Origin: an uncultured Lamprocystis sp.
Lineage (GTDB): Bacteria; Pseudomonadota; Gammaproteobacteria; Chromatiales; Chromatiaceae
Length of the DNA stretch: 64,000 nt
Reading direction: 5' to 3'
NCBI GenBank assembly: GCA_964470155.1
Contig: CAYYAY010000003.1
Span: 107,677 to 171,676 of the forward strand
Both the position numbers and the translations under genes were made by a program. The notes beneath the pieces were generated by a model. The model had not been told where the DNA came from. It ran no database searches and saw only the letters and a list, made by a program, of their open reading frames with translations. Of this stretch, positions 9,669 to 17,730 are shown one piece after another; positions within the stretch are counted from its first letter, which is position 1; each line of letters starts with the position of its first letter.

Positions 9669-9768
9669 TACGGAACGGTTTCGAGTTTTCGGTTTTTCGT
9701 TTTCAGTTAAGGACTATCAAACATTGAGTTGCGAAAAACGCGAAACGAAAAACCAACAACGACAGGTA
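9669..9768 (+). mobile_element. 100-bp MITE-like element, copy 2
   Basis: Near-identical to copy 1; flanked by TA on both sides. Confidence 0.8.
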
Positions 9769-9857
9769 TATACACCGAATCGCGCGGTTGTCACGCCAAG
9801 GCGCCAAGCACGCCGGGGCGTTCCGGTTACCAAACCTGAGGCAGCGCCTGACAAGTT

Positions 9858-10943
9858 ATGCACGACGGATACCCCTGGCAGATACGCATCGGCCGCCGCT
9901 CCGCCGACTTTGATGAGGAATGGGTCGGCGCCGGTGTACTCATTGATGCCCGGCATGTGATGACCTGCGCCAGCGTGGTCGCCGCCGCGCTGGGGGGAGC
10001 GGTCGGCGCCGCGGCGCCGACTGGTGAGATCCCTGTGCTGCTGCCGCTGCTGCCCAACCCGCACCGCGGGCGGGGACGGGTCGCGGCCTGGGCACCGCAC
10101 GCCGGATTGGACCCGCGCTGGACGCTCCCCGGTGCGCCGCCGCCGGGGCTGGCCGTGCTGGAACTGACCGAGCCGGTGCCGGAGCACGTGGTCGCGGCTG
10201 AGTTGGAGCTGCTCGCACCCGCGGCTTACCGCAACCGGGCGGTGTTCTGTCTGGGGTTTCCACCGGAGCATCCGACCGGGCTGCGCATCCACGCGGACTG
10301 TGCCGATGAAGACGCGCAGGCCATCACCGGCCTGGAAACCGATCACGGCAGCATCGACGGCAGTTTCACCGGAACCGGCGCCTGGGACCCGATCCGCGGC
10401 TCCGTGCTGGGTCTGGTGGTCGCCGCCGACACCCCGGGATCGGACGGGTTGCTGATCCCTTCCCAGGCGCTGCTCGCGGTCTGGCCCCAGGCCCGGATCC
10501 GTCAGGACCAGGGTGTCGGCGCGCGCCTGCTCACCTGGCTGGCGGGCCTGGACACCCGACTGGGCAACCGGTTACTCCGACTGGGTGCCGGACTGGCATT
10601 CGCTGCCTTGGGCCTGGTGTGGTGGCTGGAGCCTGACACGCCGGCGCCGCTGCCGCCCGCGGAGCCCATCGCCGCAAGCAGCGGCATTGCCGGCTTCGTC
10701 TGGGAGCGCAGCGGTAAACCGATCCCCGGGGTCCGCGTGTTCATTCCCACCCGCGCGGCACGCAGTGAAACCGACCGCTTTGGCCGCTTTATCATCGCGC
10801 TGCGGGAACCGGCCGGCGCGCGGATCGAGGTGATGGTGATCGCCCCCGGCTACCGCAGTCTGTCCACGGTTCAGCGCATCGGCGATAACCGTATCAATCT
10901 GGTACTGGAGCCGAACCAGGGGGACGATCGACCAATTGACTGA
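9858..10943 (+). CDS. Trypsin-like pseudo-protease with TM helix and C-terminal carboxypeptidase-regulatory-like domain
   Basis: VGAGVLIDARHVMTCASVV, GLAVLEL, CLGFP, GSFTGTGAWD, VLGLVVA; hydrophobic LGAGLAFAALGLVWWL; IAGFVWERSGKPIPGVRV...TDRFGRF...APGY. Confidence 0.7.
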   Translation: MHDGYPWQIRIGRRSADFDEEWVGAGVLIDARHVMTCASVVAAALGGAVGAAAPTGEIPVLLPLLPNPHRGRGRVAAWAPHAGLDPRWTLPGAPPPGLAVLELTEPVPEHVVAAELELLAPAAYRNRAVFCLGFPPEHPTGLRIHADCADEDAQAITGLETDHGSIDGSFTGTGAWDPIRGSVLGLVVAADTPGSDGLLIPSQALLAVWPQARIRQDQGVGARLLTWLAGLDTRLGNRLLRLGAGLAFAALGLVWWLEPDTPAPLPPAEPIAASSGIAGFVWERSGKPIPGVRVFIPTRAARSETDRFGRFIIALREPAGARIEVMVIAPGYRSLSTVQRIGDNRINLVLEPNQGDDRPID

Positions 10944-13900
10944 TCTGCGCGCGGGCCGCGGCGGCCTGCTCGCCCGCGAGCGGCGCCAGCACGCGCAGCG
11001 CGGCCCGCAACCCCGCCTGCACATCTGGATCACACACCGCACCTGGATTCAGGTCCGCTGCCTCGACTCCCGCCGCCAGTGCCCGGGCAAGCGACTCAAC
11101 CGCCATCTCGGTATGGGCGCCGGCCGGATAGTCCGCGAGGTAACGGACCAACCCGTCATCGACCAGCGACGCCAGGGCGTCTTGCATGCCGCCCCCACCC
11201 TCGTCCTCTTCATTCCCCACGAGGCAATCGACCGCGATTTTCACGGTCACTGGATCGCTGCCGGACGCCCGCGCCGCCGCCCAGGCCAGCCGTTCGGCCG
11301 TCGGCCGCCCGCGAAAACGCTCGTGCAAGGCCCAATAGGCGGCGGGATCGAGCCGTTCGGGACCCTCTTCCCAAACGGGCTTCACATAGGTCTCGAGACC
11401 CCTGAACAACGCCGCCACGCTCGGGGCATCGGCGAGAGACAGCGAAAAAGCAGGCGGCAGGTCGTTACAGGAAAAGCCCAGGGCCAGCACCCGGCCGAGA
11501 CCCTGCAAGCGGGCCAGTTCTACGTCGGCAGCCAGGTCCTCGGCAAGCGTTGGACGCACCCGCGCGAGCCACTCCAGGAACTCCAGCTCAGCCCGCAGCG
11601 ACTTGGGCGCGGAGGCCAGGTGACGTTCCAGAATCTCACCGTAGGACAACAGGGGATGCGTCGGATCATGCGGTGCAAGCAGACCGCCGAAGACCCAGCC
11701 GCTGATGCCTGCCGGTGACTCTACCTGGTACCAACGCCCCGCGACGCCATCGACGCGGCTGGGAACGACAGTCCGCTTGCGCACCGTAACCACCGTCCCC
11801 AGTGCGAGGCGTTCGAGTTGACCGCAGCCTGGTTCGGGGTCGGGACGCAGGCGCACTCCCGGGACCACCGTGATGCGCGCGTGGCGTGCGACCGACTCCA
11901 CCCGCGGCGCATCCCGAACGCCATCCTGCACCGCGCGAGGCGTCCGGCAGGTTTCGACAAACGCCGCGAAGCGCTCCAGGACGCGGCGCGGGTCAGCCGC
12001 AGCGCCGCCCCGCTCGATAAACCGCTTGGGCGTCTCGGCGCGGACCCGCCCGATGAACGCCTGACCATCAGCCTGCTGCGCCGGGTCCTGAGCGGCGACG
12101 CGTTGCCGCTCCAGGACCACCCGGTAAGCCCGTTGCGGATGTGAGGAATCGAAGGGCGTGAGATCGCTGCCGAAAGCCCAGCCGAAAACGCCCTGCGGCG
12201 CTGCCACGTAGTACCAGTGGTCCTCGACCCCGGCGACACGGCTGCTGAACGCCTGGCGACCCAGGGTCAAAACCAGGGTACCGCTGCCGATTCGCTGCCA
12301 GTCGGCGTCGAGGCGGTTGCGATAGACAAGCTCCGCGGCGGCCGGATCAGGCGCCTCGCGGATCACGCCCAGCCCGAGGGTCAGCCGCTCCGGCGCGACC
12401 ACCGCCTCGACCCAGGGCCGGCCCCAAGGGCCGTCCGCGGCGAGATTGGCGTTGTAGCAAAGGCGCGAGGGCGTATCGAACAGCACCAGCGGACGCCCCT
12501 GGGTCGTGTCTCCACGCGCGTCCTTGGCCCGCTCATAGATTAGGGTTCGTTGGCCGCCGGCAGGGGTCTCAACGACACAGCAGTCGTCCGGCACGAAATG
12601 ACCAACACGCAACTGATCCGGCGGCGGGCCATCCTCCGGCACTCGACTGTACAGCCAACAATCCGCCAGTGCCGTTGGGGACGGCGACGGCTGATCGCTC
12701 CCGGCCCTGTCCGTCGCCGGATCGGGCCCGGGTCCCGAGCGCACCTGCAGCCGACCGGCGCGGCCGTCATCACCTATCGAAAATGTCAGGGGCGCCGCGG
12801 CGCCTTCCGCGGCGCAGCGAAACCAGCTGGGGAAGAAGGTCTTATCCCAAGTGCGCTCGTCAGACAGCACGCGGCCGGTTGGGGCCGCAATCAAACGCAA
12901 CCGCTTGCCGCTGGACTGCACCAGGGTGGCCTTTTCGGCAGCACAGCGCGCCGGAAAGTCCGCCGCTTGGCAATTGCCCAGACAGGCCGTCTCGCAGGAT
13001 TCCCGATCGCCCTTCATCGTCGCGCCGATCGTAGCGATTTCGCAGATGAAATCCCGGCAATAGGAGGCACAGTGATCCTGCGCGTAGCCGCACAGCTCGC
13101 AATCCTGACCGTCGCTGTCCTCACCGCGCGCGCTGGTCGTTTCGATCCGCAGTGTCGCATCTTCGTAGGTGATGTCCGTCTGTTCGTCCTGTGTCGCGTC
13201 AAACCCTTGATTGCCGCCGCTGTAACTGTTCAGCCACTCATCGAAAAGAGGCGCTTCGACCCGGTCGACGGGCACGATGCGGTGACGTCGCTCGGTACTC
13301 CGCGAACTGCCCGTTTCGCCGGTGATGTCATAGGTGATCCAATACAAATCCGGTGTCCCGCTCAACTGACGCACCACGACCGACTCGAGGTCAAGGCCGC
13401 CATAACACGGACGCGCGACTTCATTCCGAGAACCGGTCAGGAGCAGCTCCGGGCCGCCGTCAATACTCAGCCAGACCCGCTCCGCATCACCATCGTCCCC
13501 GCCGGCGGCAAAGCGCAACCGAAAGCGCGGCTGCCGCCCCTGCTCCAGACTGTCGATAGGCTCCAAGTGGAACGCCAACGCGGGCTCACCCGCCCCGCCC
13601 TCCCAGGTTCCCGTGAGGGCGCCGCGCGCATCGAAGGTACCGGTGGCGCGTCCGTGGACGCGCGGCTCGGTCGGCTGTTCGGGGTCGGTCTGTGTCAGCA
13701 CGAATCCGCCGTCCGCGGCGAGCGGGCCGCTCAGTTCCACGCGCCGATGCCTGAAGCGGTTCGCGGCGGCGTCATACACGCCTTCGCTCTCGCGGTGCCA
13801 GAACCCGGTCAAGGCATCACCCTGGCGCACGAGCGACAACCGCAGGTCCGCGTTCGGTCCCAGTGTCCCCTGATAGAGTATCGGTCGGCAGGTTCCCGCG

Positions 13901-14016
13901 GGCGGCATCAGCGGGGTCTGCCCCAGCACCGACGGCGGAACGGCGAACAGCAGGACGAGGAGGCACAGCAGACGACGCTTGCCCCAAGCGCGGCGGAACA
14001 CGCCGTAGGCGCACAT
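10894..14016 (-). CDS. Large exported protein with a Cys-rich module and two SH3b-like domains
   Basis: Likely start at 14016 with signal peptide RRLLCLLVLLFAVPPSVLG. SH3b-like segments GVRLRPDP...RWYQVESPAGISGWVFGGLL and HWYYVAAPQGVFGWAFGSDL. Confidence 0.7.
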   Translation of the reverse strand: MCAYGVFRRAWGKRRLLCLLVLLFAVPPSVLGQTPLMPPAGTCRPILYQGTLGPNADLRLSLVRQGDALTGFWHRESEGVYDAAANRFRHRRVELSGPLAADGGFVLTQTDPEQPTEPRVHGRATGTFDARGALTGTWEGGAGEPALAFHLEPIDSLEQGRQPRFRLRFAAGGDDGDAERVWLSIDGGPELLLTGSRNEVARPCYGGLDLESVVVRQLSGTPDLYWITYDITGETGSSRSTERRHRIVPVDRVEAPLFDEWLNSYSGGNQGFDATQDEQTDITYEDATLRIETTSARGEDSDGQDCELCGYAQDHCASYCRDFICEIATIGATMKGDRESCETACLGNCQAADFPARCAAEKATLVQSSGKRLRLIAAPTGRVLSDERTWDKTFFPSWFRCAAEGAAAPLTFSIGDDGRAGRLQVRSGPGPDPATDRAGSDQPSPSPTALADCWLYSRVPEDGPPPDQLRVGHFVPDDCCVVETPAGGQRTLIYERAKDARGDTTQGRPLVLFDTPSRLCYNANLAADGPWGRPWVEAVVAPERLTLGLGVIREAPDPAAAELVYRNRLDADWQRIGSGTLVLTLGRQAFSSRVAGVEDHWYYVAAPQGVFGWAFGSDLTPFDSSHPQRAYRVVLERQRVAAQDPAQQADGQAFIGRVRAETPKRFIERGGAAADPRRVLERFAAFVETCRTPRAVQDGVRDAPRVESVARHARITVVPGVRLRPDPEPGCGQLERLALGTVVTVRKRTVVPSRVDGVAGRWYQVESPAGISGWVFGGLLAPHDPTHPLLSYGEILERHLASAPKSLRAELEFLEWLARVRPTLAEDLAADVELARLQGLGRVLALGFSCNDLPPAFSLSLADAPSVAALFRGLETYVKPVWEEGPERLDPAAYWALHERFRGRPTAERLAWAAARASGSDPVTVKIAVDCLVGNEEDEGGGGMQDALASLVDDGLVRYLADYPAGAHTEMAVESLARALAAGVEAADLNPGAVCDPDVQAGLRAALRVLAPLAGEQAAAARAQISQLVDRPPGSAPVPD

Positions 14017-14689
14017 GCAGCGTGCCGGCGCGTTGCGCCGATGTGCTGACCGGGGCTCTCCGGGTAATGCGCAAGCCGGCGGCGATGGCGGAGTCTTGTA
14101 CACTCGCCCCGGGCGCCGCTTTCCATTTCCTGCCCCACGTCCACCACCAGTTGCGGTACTCAGCCGCAAATCGGGCGTGGGTAATATAGGGATCGTGAAC
14201 AATTGGGGTACCAGAAATCACCTCACTCAAGGTCCAGGGCACGATTACGATCAGATCAGCCGGCGCGCAGACAGCGGGAGTCACTTTATAGCGAAAGCTG
14301 GGCTCACCCTCTTTGGCGAGCACATACCAGCCTTTGAGTTCTAACCCCAAGAGGATGGGAGGCACCTTGCCGGGCACCCTAGTGCGAAGCACCACATCGG
14401 GAAACGTTTGTGGCCGGCGCTCGAACGCGTACAGATCGTACATGCCCTGCGGATCCCAGACTCCCCGCAGCCCGTTCAAGGCATCGACGACCTGCTCTTC
14501 GATCGTCGCACTCAACGATGAGTTAAAGGCGAAAAGATCAGTCGCGAGAACACCATGAATATGGAGCGGCGAGCGAAAAGACTCGGGAAGACGGTGCAAC
14601 GCGTCCTTGACCCCAATATAGAGCGGATAATTCGGCCAAGCGGGTGCCGGGCCGCTATCAACCGGCTTGCTCGGGATAGTAGATGACAT
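13817..14689 (-). CDS. Putative type II PD-(D/E)xK restriction endonuclease, probably C-terminally truncated
   Basis: ATG at 14689 overlaps the MTase end. QTFPDVVL...LGLELKGW is a PD-(D/E)xK motif. After about 14130 the ORF becomes R/P/A-rich and overlaps the SH3b gene out of frame. Confidence 0.6.
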   Translation of the reverse strand: MSSTIPSKPVDSGPAPAWPNYPLYIGVKDALHRLPESFRSPLHIHGVLATDLFAFNSSLSATIEEQVVDALNGLRGVWDPQGMYDLYAFERRPQTFPDVVLRTRVPGKVPPILLGLELKGWYVLAKEGEPSFRYKVTPAVCAPADLIVIVPWTLSEVISGTPIVHDPYITHARFAAEYRNWWWTWGRKWKAAPGASVQDSAIAAGLRITRRAPVSTSAQRAGTLHVRLRRVPPRLGQASSAVPPRPAVRRSAVGAGADPADAARGNLPTDTLSGDTGTERGPAVVARAPG

Positions 14690-15725
14690 CCAACAGGTCT
14701 CCTTGAGACTCCGAACACAGGCGCTCGCAGGCATTGCGAAAAAACTGGGGATTAATCTCCGCACCAAAGCCGCGGCGGGCCTGGCGTAAGGCGACGACGA
14801 GCGCACCGGCAAGCCCCGCGAAGGGCTCCCAGATCACATCGCCCGGGTCGCTGGAGGCATGGATGATGCGATCCAGGAGTTTCAGTGGCTTCTGGTTGGC
14901 GTGCAGACCCTTGAGCCCTTTATCCACCTTCAGCCGTTCGCTACCACGGACCGCGGGCTCGGTCCAAACATTCGTGATGCCGTGCGTGTGGTTCCATTTC
15001 GCCCTCAACCGTGACCAAGCAACCGCCGTCAGCGGGCTCTCACCGTCGAGCGAAAAGTAAGGTCTGCTGGTGGATCTGCCGTGCCGGCTCGCATAGTCCG
15101 CAAGCTGCAACAGCTTATCCGGCGGCGGGAAATACCACAAATGACATTGGGTAAAATACTTTCTGGTCGCCGCGTTACGCACCCCGCAGGCCTCATTGGT
15201 GCTGTTGAGCGGGAGCCCGGTACGCTGCCATTCGCGACGCAACCAAACCTTGAGGGGTAGCGAATGACCAGCGCCATCTGGAAGACAGACCTCACGGACA
15301 TATTGAACACAAATCTCGGTAACGACCGGAAAGCTCCGAATGGTATCGCCATTGCAGTTGCCCGCGACGTGGGCGACGCCCTTATCCCAAATGTGAGCAG
15401 CCCGATAGCGCCAGCCATAGCGCTTCAGCACCGGATGGACCTCCGCCCAGCCGAGCTCGGTACACCAGAACCAGAGCGTGGTTTCCGGCAACGCGTACTC
15501 GGTCCAAGCAGCCACATGAGGTTCATACCAATCCGCAAGGGCATCCGTTGTTGGCGGATCACCTGGGAATTTGCCCAGACCATAGGGGCCGTCAGCAACG
15601 ATGACGGTGGGCAGCGGCCAATTCGCATAAACCTGTAATGCATCGGCAAAGGCTAGCGTTGCCTCGCCGCCGGAGCAGTGAATTTCGCGACAGCTGGTTG
15701 GGGTTTTGTTTGCAAGTTGGCTCAT
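14658..15725 (-). CDS. Beta-class N6A/N4C DNA methyltransferase
   Basis: Motif IV variant IVADGPYG, HANQKPLKLLDRII, motif I VIWEPFAG; likely start MSQLANK at 15725. Confidence 0.85.
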   Translation of the reverse strand: MSQLANKTPTSCREIHCSGGEATLAFADALQVYANWPLPTVIVADGPYGLGKFPGDPPTTDALADWYEPHVAAWTEYALPETTLWFWCTELGWAEVHPVLKRYGWRYRAAHIWDKGVAHVAGNCNGDTIRSFPVVTEICVQYVREVCLPDGAGHSLPLKVWLRREWQRTGLPLNSTNEACGVRNAATRKYFTQCHLWYFPPPDKLLQLADYASRHGRSTSRPYFSLDGESPLTAVAWSRLRAKWNHTHGITNVWTEPAVRGSERLKVDKGLKGLHANQKPLKLLDRIIHASSDPGDVIWEPFAGLAGALVVALRQARRGFGAEINPQFFRNACERLCSESQGDLLDVIYYPEQAG

Positions 15726-15838
15726 GGATTTACGGCCTGGAATGGCGCTGAAACATGCGGCAGTGCAGTCAACCGTCCTCACACAGGCAGGTTAGGTCGA
15801 GCGCTCGGCTCGGTCAAGCAGCGTCGTCAGGTCGGACA

Positions 15839-16336
15839 TCAGATCGTTATGGACCGAAATAACCAGGGCTCGACGATCGGTGTCATCCGCTCCAACTCGT
15901 CAGTGTTGCAAGCGAGCTCCGGATGGGTCCAAACCGCGGGTTCGTCACCCTGGCAATTCCCGGCCAGCGCGGTACCGATCTTCTCCAACGAACCGATGCG
16001 CGACAGGGCGCGCCGAACATTTTCAGGTTCATGGCAGGCACCGAGTATAAAGACCCGTCCACGCACATCCTCTGGTATGCGTGCCTTGACGTCTCGCATA
16101 CGGTCTGCATCGCCATCGAAGTCGATCACCAGCAACAGGTATCTGTCTGGAAGCCAACGCAAGTTGGCAAGCTGATCGCGATTGAAGGCCGCGATGACTT
16201 TTACCCAGCCTCCGGCCGGTGTCAACACCTGGATGCGGCCGGGATCAACCGCGGGATGGAGCAGGAATCCGTTCGCCAACTGCCGGTTGGCATCGTCCTC
16301 GGGCAGCACCAGGAGATGCGGTCGATACTGATTCAT
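15839..16336 (-). CDS. Small TOPRIM-like protein, partner of the ABC ATPase
   Basis: Acidic motifs LVLPEDDAN and LVIDFDG (E ... DxD); ATGA overlap with the upstream ATPase. Confidence 0.65.
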   Translation of the reverse strand: MNQYRPHLLVLPEDDANRQLANGFLLHPAVDPGRIQVLTPAGGWVKVIAAFNRDQLANLRWLPDRYLLLVIDFDGDADRMRDVKARIPEDVRGRVFILGACHEPENVRRALSRIGSLEKIGTALAGNCQGDEPAVWTHPELACNTDELERMTPIVEPWLFRSITI

Positions 16337-17463
16337 GAGGGCGCAACGCCCTGGGATCCAACGTCCCCGCGGATCAGCGCTTCGACAAGATCGCCTCGAA
16401 TGTCCAGATCGGATAGCAGTCGGACTTGCGTCGGTTCGAGATGACTGTTCCGAAACAGAACAAAGGTATTCTCGTCCGCGAACCGACGAATGGCCTCGGG
16501 ATTGTGCGAGGTAGCGATGAGTTGCGCCCCTGGACCGAATGCGCGACGCAGTTCCGTGACGAAGCGTCCGACTTCGGAGAGGGATAGATAATTGTCAGGT
16601 TCATCCCAAAAACAGAAGAGGGGGCCAGCGACGTGGTTGGCGGCCAGGACCAGAGCACCGAGCAACAGACACTTCTCGCCGTCGGACAGGTTGTCAAATG
16701 ACACCTGAAGGGTCGTTCCATTCTTCTGGAATGAGACCAACATTTGCTTGCTCTTGGGTCCTACCAGCATCTGGCGGATGTCGCCAAAGTCCGTCATGGG
16801 CGCGTCGCGCAAATAGCCGTCGATGCGCGCGTAGGCCGCGGGATAGCTGCCGAGTACGCCGGAGAACCACTCGCCAAAGTTGCTTCCGTCAGGCTCCGGT
16901 TCCAAGACAGCGTCCACCGAATCCCCGGTCATCAGCGCGGGGAGTGGGGTCAGGATGATCATCTGCGCCAGCCAGCGCTTGAAGATGGCCAAGTCGTCGG
17001 GATCACCCTGAACTTGGATGACCGGTAGCGCGACGAGATGCCAGTCGACGCGAAACCTGGCCTCCCCTCGTGCTGGGGCACCATGTACGGTGACTTGGGC
17101 CTGGGACCGGGAATAGATCGGACTGCCCTCCACGCTGAGCCTTTCCTCGAATATTCTCAGTTCCTTGAAGCCTGGCGGGAACTCCCACGCGAGGCTGTAG
17201 TGGTAACTGCGACCGGTGATCGTTGCCTCGATCTCGATGCGCATGGGGTCGCCCGTTCGCCCTTGGGCAAAATCGGTGATACCAACCAAGTCACGGGCAC
17301 GGTTGGTACCGCGGCCGATGCGCTGCAACATCGTCAAGATGAGACGGATTGTCGATTTACCAACACCGTTGGCCCCGAGTAAGAGCACGGTTGACAGTCC
17401 TTTCGGTTCGAACGTGAAATTCTCGAAACACTGGAAGTTATGAATGTATAGCCGCTCAATCAT
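16333..17463 (-). CDS. AAA_21/ABC-type ATPase
   Basis: MIERLYIHNFQCF, Walker A GANGVGKS, signature LSDGEK, Walker B WDEPD, H-loop IATSHNP. Confidence 0.88.
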   Translation of the reverse strand: MIERLYIHNFQCFENFTFEPKGLSTVLLLGANGVGKSTIRLILTMLQRIGRGTNRARDLVGITDFAQGRTGDPMRIEIEATITGRSYHYSLAWEFPPGFKELRIFEERLSVEGSPIYSRSQAQVTVHGAPARGEARFRVDWHLVALPVIQVQGDPDDLAIFKRWLAQMIILTPLPALMTGDSVDAVLEPEPDGSNFGEWFSGVLGSYPAAYARIDGYLRDAPMTDFGDIRQMLVGPKSKQMLVSFQKNGTTLQVSFDNLSDGEKCLLLGALVLAANHVAGPLFCFWDEPDNYLSLSEVGRFVTELRRAFGPGAQLIATSHNPEAIRRFADENTFVLFRNSHLEPTQVRLLSDLDIRGDLVEALIRGDVGSQGVAPS

Positions 17464-17621
17464 TGATGATGCTCCAGTGTTGCCTGATCGGGGTAAGGAT
17501 TCTGCACTCAGCCCCAGCCGTCGTCCATTCCATTGATCCGTTCCCTCCTGGTCCGCCGCGCGGATCACCGGCATTGCCGCCCGCCGGACACCCGGCCTTG
17601 ATCGTAATCCCGGCCAGCGGC

Positions 17622-17680
17622 GTGCGTAGTCAGGGCTTCCAGCCCTGACGGTGTCAGGCCAGGATGGCCTGACTACGCAC
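17622..17680. repeat. GTAG-type REP doublet (REPIN-like)
   Basis: gtgcgtagtcagggcttccagccctgac...gtcaggccaggatggcctgactacgcac, with terminal inverted repeat gtgcgtagtcagg/cctgactacgcac. Confidence 0.75.
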
Positions 17681-17730
17681 CCGACAAGCCCAAGTGGCTG
17701 GATTGATCGAGGCCGGACACCCCGCCAGGC

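Noticed and set aside
5608-10943. Calling MoxR + vWA + trypsin-like protein a complete VMAP ternary conflict system
   Set aside because: The genes are divergent and separated by DUF1840 and two MITEs, the vWA partner is DUF2201-type, and no VMAP domain was recognised; kept only as separate findings.
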